Shown: one piece after another, positions 1 through 12,331 of the stretch
How positions within the stretch are numbered: the first letter of the stretch is position 1
Layout of the letters: each line of letters begins with the position of its first letter
NCBI GenBank assembly: GCA_030390025.1
Contig: CM059431.1
Location: 95,296,001-95,360,000, forward strand
DNA length: 64,000 nucleotides
Direction of reading: 5' to 3'
From: Squalus acanthias
Taxonomy: Eukaryota
The notes under the pieces: model-generated
What the model was told of the DNA's origin: nothing
Database searches by the model: none
What the model saw: the letters and a program-made list of their open reading frames with translations, nothing else
Program-made: the position numbers and the translations under genes

Positions 1-483
1 CACAAGTCCCCAGATGTTGGTGAGGAGGACTTTGCAGGGTCGACTGGGCTGGGTGTGCCATTGTCGTGTCCGAAGCAGGTGCCGATGCTGGGTGGTCCGT
101 CCATTTTTTTAATTCTTATTGTTTCTTGCAGCGGTTTGTTATAACTGAGTGGCTTGCTAGGCCATTTCAGAGGGCAGTTAGGAGCCAACCACATTGCTGA
201 GTGTCTGGAATCACATATAAAGCCAAACCAGGTAAGGACCGCAGATTTTGTTCCCTGAAGGATATTAGTGAACCAGATGGATTTTTGCGACAATCCGGTC
301 GTTTCATGGTTACCATTACTGATACTAGCTTTTTATTCCAGATTTACTTAAAAACCTGAATTGAAATTCCACAGCTGCCGTGGAAGAAGATATAATTTCT
401 CTGTGGGGTAGGTGATGTGAGCTTAGGTTTTACACGTCACCAAATTACGAGTCCAGTAACACAATCACTATGCTACCGTGCCC
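1..483 (-). mobile_element. 5' end of a non-LTR retroelement: tRNA-derived head, 5' UTR and start of an APE endonuclease ORF (runs off the window)
   Basis: Minus strand begins GGGCACGGTAGCATAGTGA (tRNA A-box-like). Bases ~54->1 translate TQPSRPCKVLLTNIWGLV, resembling APE motif I (xNxxGL). Confidence 0.6.
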
Positions 484-1236
484 TTGTACATAAATCATGT
501 CATGGGATATAAGCGTTCAAATGCTTAAAATGTTTGAAATTCTTGCTGCTATTTCAGCAGAAGTGGTAAGCCATTTATTCTGAATGGGTTAATGCAGCTA
601 CTAAAATAGCAGACAAATATGTTAATTATTCATGCATTAATATCCCAGAGCATAATTTTAAGGCCATGGAAAATTCTATTTTGTTAAACTAATATTATTC
701 TATTGATGTAAGTGTTAATTGGAGAATTAGGTTATTGGAGGGATGAGCTTTGTTGGAAAATTTAGGATACTTGCTGGATGAGCTTCCACGGGAGATTTAA
801 TTACTAGAGTCCATGGGAATGTGTGTACCAGAGGAATGGGTTTTGATATGAAAGTTAACATTTGAGAAGGATGAGCTTCAGTGGAAGATTTAGAGTACAC
901 GATGGCTGAGCTTCAGTGGCAGTTACGTTGTTAAAGGGTTCAGGCTTAGATGGAAGTTAGAACACTAGAAGGATGAGCTCTGGTGGGTTTAATGGCCTTT
1001 CTTATATCCCCTGTTGTTGTAATCATTTCACATCTTGAGTGAACTATTGTGTCCTACAATCAACAGGCCTTTAAAACCTAAGCTAGCATCACCTACCCCA
1101 CAGCTTCGGCTGGACCACTAAACAGGGTATGTGCAGTGCACCCCCCGCCCAATACTGTCCGACAATAATCGGAGTCTTTTCATTATAAATGGCCCTGCCT
1201 CCTGGCTCGGGGTCGCAAAAATAAGGACACCTGCAC

Positions 1237-1530
1237 ATAGAAACATTTACAACACAGAAGGAGACTGTTGGGATCGTCTGTGCTGACTCTTTGCCAGAGC
1301 AATCTAAACTAATCCAACATCTGCTGTTTCCTTGTATTTTTCTTGCTTCAAATATGCATCCAATTTTCCCTTAAAAGGCGCAATGGTTTCTCCCTCAAAT
1401 ACTTACAACTCACTAAGTAAATCATTTTCTCCTCACTCCTCTCCTCGCTCTATTAATCACAATTTTAAGTTGATCACTCTGATCACTAACTCCCCAAACA
1501 GAAGAAATAGATTTTCCCTAGTCGCTGTAT
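1237..1530 (-). mobile_element. Degraded CR1 LINE 3' fragment
   Basis: ATAGAAACATTTACAACACAGAAGGAG resembles the reverse-strand CR1 tail/3' UTR at 7858 and 8360; degraded RT C-terminus follows. Confidence 0.6.
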
Positions 1531-2805
1531 CATATTAGGAAAGTTAGGACAAAGCCGGTTAATAATAGCTTGGCCTTATTTAGTGATCGGTACCCTCCTT
1601 CTAGGGAAGCACAGTGTATTTATAAATTGCAATTGTTAAGAACACAATTTGATTTCCGTTTGTAATTCCTTCCAAAATGTGGTTCCTTTAGACAATACTT
1701 TATGAAAGAGATCGAAAGGAAATAAAAGTAAGCATTACGGAGAATGCATTGTGATTGAGACTACATTTGAATTGAAATCCCAAATGAAAAACTGGGCAGC
1801 TGCTCCTCTTTGTCACTGAGCCTCCCACTCTCCCTATCCCCGTTACACACTCCACAGTCTCCAGACCCACAGCCAGTTTTATGAAGTTTTGCCTTCTGAC
1901 AGTCAACTTAGACACGACTCAGGTAACGGCAGCTCTTTAGCTCTGCGGGTAATTTTAACATCACTGGCGGGGGCTTGGGTTTGGTGGGAGGTCAGTTCCA
2001 AACGGATTCTGTATTAAAAGAGAAAATTGGTGAGGGGAACTAAATAATTCTCACTATAAACCCAAATCTAAATATTTGGTTAATATAGTAAGTTTATTGA
2101 AAACAAAACAAGGAAGGGCGTGTATCGTTTCTTCTCTTGATTACATAATTTGTAAAACTCCGACAGTGGGCGACTTTTAACAGTTGCCTTGAATGTCCGA
2201 TGGAGACAAAAGATTAAAGTTGCACCCAGTAGATGTTTGGGTTCAATTTCATTTTGGCACATTTGACCTCATTAACACTCCTAAAATATTCAATATGGTG
2301 ATAGAACTAATACCACACAATATGGAACCTTACTGCAACAGTTAAACAGAAGTCATTACATATTTTAATATCTATGGTTAGAGTCACTGTAAAATAGTTT
2401 GAAATGCAATCAATTCTATGCATTTAAATCAGGTGTTACATAAATGTACTGATTGTTACAGTATATATCTGTTTGATTCTGAAAATTTTTATTCAGCAAC
2501 AGAATTTCTGTTTAGCTAGAACTGATGAGAAGTAAATTACCAAATCAGTCTAACATTTAAAAAATTGTGAAATAAATACATGGTACAACACCAAGACACA
2601 GGAGTACAGAGTGGGTAAATACCTACGAGTATGAAATCATCCTGCATGTTATCCTATGACGGTTTTCTCATTTAAACTGGATTTGGCGAAGGTTTACAAA
2701 CATTTATTTATTTATGGGCATTATTTGCAGTATTTTATTTATTTTAAAAATTACCTACTGTGTCTTATTGTGGGAAATTGAAAAATGGGGACTTTACTGA
2801 ATAAA

Positions 2806-2854
2806 TCTGTCTGTACGAGTCTGATTTAGTGGCGTGATGGATACCTGTCTATAT
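2806..2854. repeat. Left remnant of the ~38-39 bp minisatellite, split off by the insertion at 2855
   Basis: TCTGTCTGTACGAGTCTGATTTAGTGGCGTGATGGATACCTGTCTATAT matches the unit at 7229-7855. Confidence 0.75.
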
Positions 2855-5800
2855 GGGGGGAATTCTAACCCCAAAAATGGGTGGGCTGGAGTCGGGTGGG
2901 AGTATAGAGTTAAATATCTGAATCCTGACCCTAACCTGCCTCCAAACTTGCGACTTCCGGTTTTAATGGAGGTGGGATGGGGGCGGGTTGGCATTTAAAA
3001 TGTTATAATGAGGCTCCGTGCCTCATAGTGATCCACCATTTTAAATTTAATGTGGGCGGGTGGGTTTCCCAGGCCTTGGGAAACCTGCCAACTAAGGGGA
3101 GTGGAGGACTGCTGGATCCAGGAGGTAAGTGCCTCTTCACTTACCTGTTGAATCCAGTGTTCATGCCTCTCCAAACCCCTGCAATTGGACCCCCGTCCGA
3201 CCTCCCCACTGACCTCCCCCCAAGGCCTCCGATCTCCAATCCCCCACCCGGCCCCTGATTCCTTCTCTAGCCCCCGACCACCACTCTGGCCTCCCATCCC
3301 CCGTCCTGACTTCCTACCTCCTCCTCCGGCCCACGATCCCCCTCCTGCCTTCTGACCTCCTCCCTCCAGCCCCCAATCACCTTCCGACCTCCCCCTCCAG
3401 CCTCCGACCACCTTCCGACCTCGTCCCTCTGACCCCCAATCACCTTCCGACCTCCCCCCTCCGACCCCCGATCACCTTCCGACCTCCCCCCTCTGACCCC
3501 GACCACCTTCCGACCTCCCCCCTCCGACCCCCGATCACCTTCCGACCTCCCCCCTCCGAACCCTGATCACCTTCTGACCTCCCTCCTCCGACCCCCGCTG
3601 ACCTTCCAAACTCCCCCTCCAACCCCCGCTCACCTTCCGACCTCCCCGCTCCGACCCCCGCTCACCTTCCGACCTCCCCCTCCGACCCCCGATCACCTTC
3701 CGAACTCCCCGCTCCAACCCCCAATCACCTTCCGATCTCCCCACTCCGACCCCCGATCACCTTCCGACCTCCCCCATCCAACCCCCAATCATCTTCCGAC
3801 CTCCCCCCTCCGACCCCCGATCACCTTCCGATCTCCCCACTCCGACCCCCGATCACCTTCCGAACTCCCCGCTCCAACCCCCAATCACCTTCAGATCTCC
3901 CCACTCCGACCCCCGATCACCTTCCGACCTCCCCGCTCCAACCCCCAATCACCTTCCGATCTCCCCCCTCCGACCCCCAATCACCTTCCGATCTCCCCCC
4001 TCCGACCCCCAATCACCTTCCGACCTCCCCCCTCCGACCCTGGATCACCTTCCGACCTCCCCCCTCTGACCCCCAATCACCTTCCGACCTCCCCCCTCCG
4101 ACCCCCGATCACCTTCTGACCTCCCCCTCTGACCCCCGATCACCTTCCGACATCCCCCTCCGACCCCCGATCACCTTCCGACCTCCCCCCTCCGACCTCC
4201 GATCACCTTCCGACCTCCCCCTCCAGCCTCCGATCACCTTCCGACCTCCCCCCTCTGACCCCCGATCACCTCCCGACCTCCCCCTCCAGCCTCCGATCAC
4301 CTTCCGAGTTCCCCCTCCCACCCCCGATCACCTTCCGAGCTCCCCCCTCCCACCCCCAATCACCTTCCGATCTCCCCAGTCCGACCCCCGATCACCTTCC
4401 GACCTCCCCCCTCCGACCCCCAATCACCTTCCGACCTCCCCCCTCCGACCTCGGATCACCTTCCGACCTCCCCCCTCCGACCCTCAATCACCTTCCGACC
4501 TCCCCCCTCCGACCCCCGATCACCTTCTGACCTCCCCCTCCGACCCCCGATAACCTTCCGACATCCCCCTCCGACCCCCGATCACCTTCCGACCTCCCCC
4601 TCCAGCCTCCGATCACCTTCCGACCTCCCCCCTCTGACCCCCGATCACCTCCCGACCTCCCCCTCCAGCCTCTGATCACCTTCCGAGTTCCCCCCTCCCA
4701 CGCCCGATCACCTTCCGAGCTCCCCCCTCCCATCCCCAATCACCTTCCGACCTCCCCCCTCCGACCCCCGATCACCTTCCGACCTCCCCCTTTGACCCCA
4801 AACACCTTCCGAACTCCCCCCTCTGACCCCCGATCACCTTCCGACCTCCCCATCCGACCCCCGATCACCTTCCGATCTCCCCGCTCCCGCCCCCGATCAC
4901 CTTGCGACCTCCCCCTGACTCCCATTCACTTCCCGACCTCTCCCTCCGACCCCCGATCACCTTCCGACCTCCCCCCTCCGACCCCCGATCACCTTCCGAC
5001 CTCCCCCTTCCGACCCCCAATCACCTTCCGACCTCCCTGCTCCGACCCCCGATCACCTCCCGACCTCTCCCTCCGACCCCCGATCACCTTCCGACCTCCC
5101 CCCTCCGACCTCCGATCACCTTCCGACCTCCACATCCGACCCGAGATCACCTTCCGACCTCCCCCCTCCGGCTCCCGATCACCTCCCGACCTCCCCCTCC
5201 GACCCCCAATCACCTCCCGACCTCTCCCTCCGAACATCGATCACCTTCCGACCTCCCCCCTCTGACCCCCAATCACCTTCCGACCTCCCCGCTCAGACCC
5301 CCGATCACCTTCCGACCTCCCCCCTCCGACCCCCGATCACCTTCCGACCTCCCCCTCCAACCCCCGATCACCTTCCGACCTCCCCCTCCAGCCTCTGATC
5401 ACCTTCCGACCTCCCCCCTCCAACCCCTGATTACCTCCCGACCTCCCCCTCCGGCCTCCGATCACCTTCCGACCTCCTCACTCACGCCGATCCCCGATCA
5501 CCTTCCGATCACCCCCCTCCCGCCCCCGATCACCTTCCGACCTCCCCATCCGACCCCCGATAACCTTCCGACCTCCCCCTCCAGCCTCCGATCACCGTCC
5601 GACCTCCCCCTCCGACCCCCGATCACCTTCTGACCTCCCCCCTCCGACCCCCGATCACCTTCCGACCTCCCCCCTCCAGCCTCCGATCACCTTCCGACCT
5701 CCCCCTCTGACCCCCGATCACCTTCCGACCTCCCCCTCCGACCTCCGATCACCTTCCGACATCCACATCCGACCCCAGATCACCTTCCGACCTCCCCCCT

Positions 5801-7228
5801 CCGGCTCCCGATCACCTTCCGACCTCCCCCTCCGACCCCCAATCACCTCCCGACCTCTCCCTCCGAACATCGATCTCCTTCCGACCTCCCCCCTCTGACC
5901 CCCAATCACCTTCCGACCTCCCGCTCCGACCCCCGATCACCTTCCAACCTCCCCCCTCCGACCCCCAATCACCTTCCGACCTCCCCCCTCCGACCCACAA
6001 TCACCTTCCGACCTCCCTGCTCCTGCCCCCGATCACATTCCGATCTCCCCCTCCGACCCCCGATCACCTTCCGACCTCCCCCCTCCGACCCCCGATCACC
6101 TTCCGACCTCCCCCTCCGACCCCCGATCACCTTCCGACCTCCCCATCCGACCTCCGATCACCTTCCGACCTCCCCCCTCCGACCCCCGATCACCTTCCGA
6201 CCTCCCCCTCCAGCCTCTGATAACCTTCCGACCTCCCCCTCCGACCCCCGATCACCTTCCGACCTCCCCCTCCGACCCCCGATCACCTTCCAACCTCCCC
6301 CCTCCGACCCCCGATCACCTTCCGATCTCCCCGCTCCCGCCCCCGATGACCTTCCGACCTCCCCCTCCGACCCCGATGACCTTCCGACCTCCCCCTTTGA
6401 CCCCCAATCACCTTCCGACCTTCCCCCTCCGACCCCCGATCACCTCCCGACCTCCCCCCTCCGACCCCCGATCACCTTCCGACCTCTCCCCTCCGACCCC
6501 CGATCTCCTCCCGACCTCCCCCATCCGACCCTTGATCACCTCCGACCTCTCCCTCCGACCCCCGATCACCTTCCGACCTCCCCCTCCGACCCCCAATCAC
6601 CTTCCGACCTCCCCGCTCCGACCCCCGATCACCTCCCGACCTCTCCCTCCGACCCCCGATCACCTTCCGATCTCCCCCTCCCGCCCCCGATCACCTTCCG
6701 ACCTCCCCCTCCAATCCCCAATCACCTTCCGACCTCCCCATCCGACCCCCGATCACCTTCCGACCTCCCCCCTCCGACCCCCAATCACCTTCCGACTTCC
6801 CCCCTCCGGTCCCCGATCACCTCCCGATCTCCCCCTCCGACCCCCAATCACTTCCGACTTCCCCCCTCCGGTCCCCGATCACCTTCCGACATCCCCCCTC
6901 TGACCCCCGATCACTTTCCGACCTCCCCCCTCCAGCCCCCGATGCCCCTCTGGCCTCTGATCCCTCCCAATCCCTCCTTCCCTCCTCTCTGCAGTTTACT
7001 AACGCAGGCCTTCCCGCCCGACAGCCAACCAGCCTCTCCATCTGGCTGGCTCTGGGCAGGAAACAGTGATTTTAAAGGCTAACAAGGCCCTGCCGTTAAA
7101 TTCAGCAAGGCCTGTGAGAAACATATTCTTCTGGGTTTCCCGACCACTTTCTATCACCGCACCCACCCCCCACCGCCCCCCGCCACCCTCCCACACACTC
7201 TACACGCTTCCAAATTAAAATACTGGCC
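2855..7228. mobile_element. Non-autonomous TIR (Harbinger-type) element carrying an internal minisatellite
   Basis: Imperfect TIRs GGGGGGAATTCTAA / TTAAAATACTGGCC, TAT duplicated on both sides; removing the element restores a unit of the flanking minisatellite. Confidence 0.65.
3340..6960. repeat. C-rich 31-32 bp minisatellite (GATCACCTTCCGACCTCCCCCCTCCGACCCCC)n
   Basis: Directly visible ~3.6 kb tandem array with variable C-run lengths. Confidence 0.97.
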
Positions 7229-7855
7229 TATGTGTCTGGTAATGTGGAGAGATGGACACCTGTCTCTCTGTACAGGTCTGATTAAGTGGAGAGCTGGACA
7301 TCTGACCGTCTGTATGGGTCTAATTGTAGCGGGGAGATCGACACCTGTCTGTACAAGTCTGATTTAGTGGAGGAGTGGATAGTTGTCCTACGCATCTGAT
7401 TGTAGTGGAGAGCTGGACACCTGTCTGTATGGGTCTGATTGTTGTATAGAGATGGACACCTGTCTCTACATGTCTGATTTAATTGAGAAATGGACACCTG
7501 TCTGTACAGACCTGTCTGTAGTTGAGAAATGGACATCTGACCAATGTTATGGGTCAGATTTAGTGGAGAGATGGACACCTGTCTATATGGGTCTGATTGT
7601 AGTGGAGAGATGGATATCGGACCATCGTTAAGGGTTAGATTTAGTGGAGAGATGGACACATATCTGTACGGTTCGTTTTAGTTCTGTGTGTAGTGGAGAC
7701 AGATACCTGTCTGTACAGGTCTGGTTGTAGTAGAGAGATAGACATCATAAGGGTCTGATTTAGTGGAATAATGGATACCTGTCTGTATGGTTCTCATTGT
7801 AGTGGAGTGAAGGACGCCTGTCTGTACAGGCCTGATTTAGTGGAAGAGTGAACAG
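7229..7855. repeat. ~38-39 bp minisatellite (TGGACACCTGTCTGTATGGGTCTGATT(G)TAGTGGAGAGA)
   Basis: About 16 diverged tandem units are visible. Confidence 0.9.
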
Positions 7856-8359
7856 TTCATAGAATCATAGAATTATAGAAAATTACAGCACAGAGGAGGC
7901 CATTCGGATCGTCGTGCTTGTGCTGGCTCTTTGAAAGTATAGTCGTGCTTAGTCCCACATCCCCGCTTTTTGTCCGTAACCTGTAAGTTTCTCATCTTCA
8001 AGTACCTGTCTAACTCCCTTTTAAAATTATTTATGGAATCAGCTTTCACCATCTTTTCAGGTAGAGCGCTCCAGATCCCAACAACTCTCAGTGAAAAAAA
8101 TTCTTCTCGTCTCCCCTCTAGAACTTTTACTAATGATTTAAAATCTATGACCTCTACTTATTGACCCACTCGCCAGAGGGAATAATTTTTCTCTATCGAC
8201 TCTACCAAAACCTCTCATCATCTTGAAAACCTCTATTATGTCACCTCTTAACCTTCTCTGTTCCAAGGAGAACAGTCCTAACTTTTCCAAACTCTCCTCA
8301 TAACTGAAATCCCTCAATCCTGGTAAACCTCCTTTGTATCCTTTCTAAGGCCTTTACAT

Positions 8360-9998
8360 AGAACATAGAACATAGAACAGTACAGCACAGTACAGGCCCT
8401 TCGGCCCTCGATGTTGTGCTGAGCATTGTCCGAAACCAAGATCAAGCTATCCCACTCCCTATCATTCTGGTGTGCTCCATGTGCTTATCCAATAACCGCT
8501 TGAAAGTTCCTAAAGTGTCCGACTCCACTATCACAGCAGGCAGTCCATTCCACACCCCAACCACTCTCTGAGTAAAGAATCTACCTCGGACATCCCTTCT
8601 ATATCTCCCCCCATGCACCTTATAGTTATGCCCCCTTGTAACAGCTACATCCACCCGAGGAAATAGTCTCTGAACATCCACTCTATCTATCCCCCTCATC
8701 ATCTTATAAACCTCTATTAAGTCGCCTCTCATCCTCCTCCGCTCTAAAGAGAAATGCCCTAGCTCCCTCAATCTTTCCTCATAAGACCTCCCCCCCAAAC
8801 CAGGCAGCATCCTGGTAAATCTCCTTTGCACTCTTTCCAATGCTTCCACGTCCTTCCTATAGTGAGGTGACCAGAACTGCACACAATATTCCAAATGTGG
8901 TCTCACCAAGGTCCTGTACAGTTGCAGCATAACCTCACGGTTCTTAAACTCAAACCCCTTGTTAATAAACGCTAACACACTATAGGCCTTCTTTACTGCT
9001 CTATCCACTTGAGTGGCAACCTTCAGAGATCTGTGGATATGAACCCCCAGATCCCTCTGTTCCTCCATGTTCCTCAGAACCCTGCCGTTGACCCTGTAAT
9101 CCTTATTCAAATTTGCCCTACCAAAATGAATCACCTCGCACTTATCAGGGTTAAATTCCATCTGCCATTTTTCGGCCCAGCTCTGCATCCTATCAATGTC
9201 TCTTTGCAGCCTACAAAAGCCCTCCACCTCATCCACTACTCCACCAATCTTGATGTCATCAGCAAATTTACTGATCCACCCTTCAGTCCCCTCCTCCAAG
9301 TCATTGATAAAAATCACAAACAGCAGAGGACCCAGCACCGACCCCTGCGGCACACCGCTGGTAACTGGTCTCCAGTCCGAAAATTTTCCATCCACCACCA
9401 CCCTCTGCCTTCTATGAGATAGCCAGTTACTTATCCAATCGGCCAAATTTCCCTCTATCCCACAACTCCTTACTTTCTTCATGAGCCGACCATGGGGAAC
9501 CTTATCAAACGCCTTACTAAAATCTATGTATACGACATCAACTGCTCTACCTTCATCTACACACTTAGTTACCTCCTCAAAGAATTCAATCAAATTTGTT
9601 AGGCAAGACTTACCCTTCACGAATCCGTGTTGACTATCCTGGATTAAGTTGCATCTTTCCAAATGGTCATAAATCCTATCCCTCAGGACCTTTTCCATTA
9701 TCTTACCAACCACCGAAGTAAGACTAACCGGCCTATAATTACCAGGGTCATTCCTATTTCCTTTCTTGAAGAGAGGAACAACATTCGCCACTCTCCAGTC
9801 CTCTGGCACCATCCCCGTGGACAGTGAGGACCCAAAGATCAAAGCCAAAGGCTCTGCAATCTCCTCCCTTGCCTCCCAAAGAATCCTAGGATATATCCCA
9901 TCTGGTCCAGGGGACTTATCGACCCTCAGGTTCTTCAAAATTGCTAAAACATCTTCCCTCAGAACATCTACCTCCTCCAGCCTATCCACCTTTATCAC
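8360..9998 (-). mobile_element. Young 5'-truncated CR1 LINE
   Basis: (CATAGAA)n tail, ACAT shared at both junctions (8356-8359, 9999-10002), uninterrupted RT ORF. Confidence 0.93.
8442..9998 (-). CDS. CR1 ORF2 reverse transcriptase, open but N-terminally truncated (no endonuclease)
   Basis: KSPGPDGIYP, NYRPVSLTS, QHGF, DFSKAFDKVPH, GVPQGSVLGP, KFADD, WQMEFN. The first ~17 aa of the ORF-track call come from the flanking older CR1. Confidence 0.9.
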   Translation of the reverse strand: MIKVDRLEEVDVLREDVLAILKNLRVDKSPGPDGIYPRILWEAREEIAEPLALIFGSSLSTGMVPEDWRVANVVPLFKKGNRNDPGNYRPVSLTSVVGKIMEKVLRDRIYDHLERCNLIQDSQHGFVKGKSCLTNLIEFFEEVTKCVDEGRAVDVVYIDFSKAFDKVPHGRLMKKVRSCGIEGNLADWISNWLSHRRQRVVVDGKFSDWRPVTSGVPQGSVLGPLLFVIFINDLEEGTEGWISKFADDIKIGGVVDEVEGFCRLQRDIDRMQSWAEKWQMEFNPDKCEVIHFGRANLNKDYRVNGRVLRNMEEQRDLGVHIHRSLKVATQVDRAVKKAYSVLAFINKGFEFKNREVMLQLYRTLVRPHLEYCVQFWSPHYRKDVEALERVQRRFTRMLPGLGGRSYEERLRELGHFSLERRRMRGDLIEVYKMMRGIDRVDVQRLFPRVDVAVTRGHNYKVHGGRYRRDVRGRFFTQRVVGVWNGLPAVIVESDTLGTFKRLLDKHMEHTRMIGSGIA

Positions 9999-10484
9999 AC
10001 ATCTTTCCTGAAGTCTGCCCAGAATTGTCCACAATACTCCAGCTGAAGCCAAACCAGTGATCTAAAGTTCGAGCATGATCTCTTTCTTGTTAGATTCTTT
10101 TCCTCTCTTTATAAACCCAAGTAACCCAGATGCTTTTTTAACCACCTTATCAACTTGCCCTGCTACCTTTAATAAGGATTTGTGTATATGGACACCAAGG
10201 TCTCTCTGCTCATCTAAAATTTACAAAATCAAGCCGTTTATATCATACTGTCTTTCCATATTCGACCTCCCAAAGTGCATCATTTCACACTTCATCACAT
10301 TGAACTCCATCTGCCATACTTCTGCCCATTTCACCATCCAGTCTATGTCACCCTGAAGCCTATAACTATCCTCATCACTATCTACCACTTTCCCAAGTTT
10401 CATATCATCTGCAAACTTTATAATGGTGCTCCCGACACCCGAGTCTAGGTCATTTATAAAAATTGAAAAGAGCAATGAACCCAA

Positions 10485-12331
10485 AGGGCAGAATTGGGTT
10501 TTAAATATTCCTGGATATAAGGTGTTCAGGAAAGATAGGGAAGGAAAGAAAGGACGTGGGGTGGCAGTATTGGTTAAGGAAAATGTTACAGTGCTGGAGA
10601 GAGAGGATGTCCTGGAGGGGTCAAGGACAGAATGTATTTGGTTGGAGTTCAGAAATAATAGAGGTGCATTACACTACTAGGTGTATTCTATAGGCCACCA
10701 ACTAGGAGCAAATTTGCAGGGAAATTACAGAGAGGTGCAAGAACTATAAAGTAGTAATAATGGGGGACTTCAATTATCCTAATATAGACTGGGATAGTAA
10801 TAGTGTAAAGGGCAGAGAGGGGGAAGAATTTCTGAAGTGTGTTCAGGGGAACTTTCTTGGTCAGTACGTTTCCAGTCCAACGAGGAAGGAGGCATTGCTG
10901 GCTCTGGTTCTGGGGAATGAGGTGGGACATGTGGAGCAAGTGTCAGTAGGGGAATATTTAGGGAACAGTGATCATAGTATCATAAGGTTTAGATTAGCTA
11001 TGGAAAAGGACAGAGAGAAATCTAGAGTAAAATACTTAATTGGAGGAAGGCCAATTTCAGTGGGTTGAGAACAGATCTGGCCCAGGTAAATTGGAATAAA
11101 AGATTGGCAGGCAAAACTGTAATTGAACAGTGGGCTGCCTTTAAAGAGGAGATGGTTCGGGAACAGTTGAGGTACATTCACACGAGAGGGAAAGGTAGGG
11201 CAACTAAAGCCAGAGCTCCCTGGATGGTGAAAGAGAGAGAGAGTAAGATGAAGCAGAAAAAGAGTGTATATGACAGATGTCAGGTTGAGAATACAAGTGA
11301 GAATTAGGCTGGATATACAAAGTTCAGAGGTGAAGTGAAAAAGAAAATGAGAGGGGCAAAGAGAGAGAGTATGAGAATAGATTGGCAGCCAACATAAAAG
11401 GGAATTCAGAAGTCTTCTATAGGCATATAAATAATAAATGGGTAGTAAGAGGAGGTGTGGGGCCGATTAGGGACCAAAAAGGAGACCTACGCATGGAGGC
11501 AGAGGGCATGGCTAAGGTACTAAATGAGTACTTTGCATCTGTCTTCACCGAGGAAGAAGATGCCGCCAAAGACATAGTGAAGGAGGAGGTAGAGGAGATA
11601 CTGGATGGGATAAAGCTTGATAAAGAGGAGATACTAGAAAAGCTGTCTGTACTTAAAGTAGATAAGTCACCAGGACCGGATGGGATGCATCCTAGGATGC
11701 TGAGGGAGGTTAAGGAGGAAATTGCAGAGGTACTGGCCATAATCATCCAATCCTCCTTAGAGGCTATGGTGGTGCCAGAGGACTGGAGAATTGCAAATGT
11801 TACACCCTTGTTCGAAAAAGGTTGTAAGGATAAACCTAGCAACTACAGGGCAGTCAGTTTAACCTCGGTAGTGGGAAGCTTTTAGAAATGATAATCAGGG
11901 ACAAAGTTCACAGTCACTTGGACAAGTGTGGATTAATTAAGGAAAGCCAGCACAGATTTGTTGAAGGCAAATCATGGTTAACTAACTTGATTGAGTTTTT
12001 TGATGAGGTAACAGAAAGGGTTGATGTGGGCAATGCGGTTGACGTGGTGTATATGGATTTCCAAAAGGCGTTTGATAAAGTGCCACATAATAGGCTTGCC
12101 AGCAAAGTTGAAGCCCATGGAATAAAAGGGACAGTGGCAGCATGGATACGAAATCGGCTAAGTGACAGGAAACAGAGAGTAGTGGTGAACGGTTGTTTTT
12201 CTGACTGGAGGAAGGTACACAGCGGTGTTCCCCAGGGGTCGGTATAAGGACCACTGCTTTTCTTGATATTATTAATGACTTGGACTTGGAAATACAGGGC
12301 ACAATTTCAAAATTTACAGATGATACAGAAC
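10485..12331 (+). pseudogene. CR1 ORF2 (APE endonuclease through RT), frameshifted, truncated at the FxDD motif
   Basis: IPGYKVFRKDR, MGDFNYP, SDH, KSPGPDG, DFQKAFDKVPH, GVPQGS in successive frames with stops. Confidence 0.92.

Larger units (their letters stand above)
7858..10484 (-). mobile_element. Older CR1 LINE 3' part (7858-8359 and 9999-10484), interrupted by a younger CR1
   Basis: Tail CATAGAATCATAGAAT at 7858; RT fragment LLFSIFINDLD...KFADDMKL...WQMEFNVMKC at 10221-10484. The two halves rejoin as AAGGCCTTTACATCTTTCCTG. Confidence 0.85.

Noticed and set aside
2995..7041. Pro-rich and Gly/Arg-rich ORFs
   Set aside because: Translations of the C-rich minisatellite.
9999..12331. Twin-priming 5' inversion of a single CR1
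   Set aside because: Topology fits, but the overlapping RT segments differ strongly (SIFINDLDSGVGSTIIKFADD vs IFINDLDLEIQGTISKFTDD), indicating two different copies.
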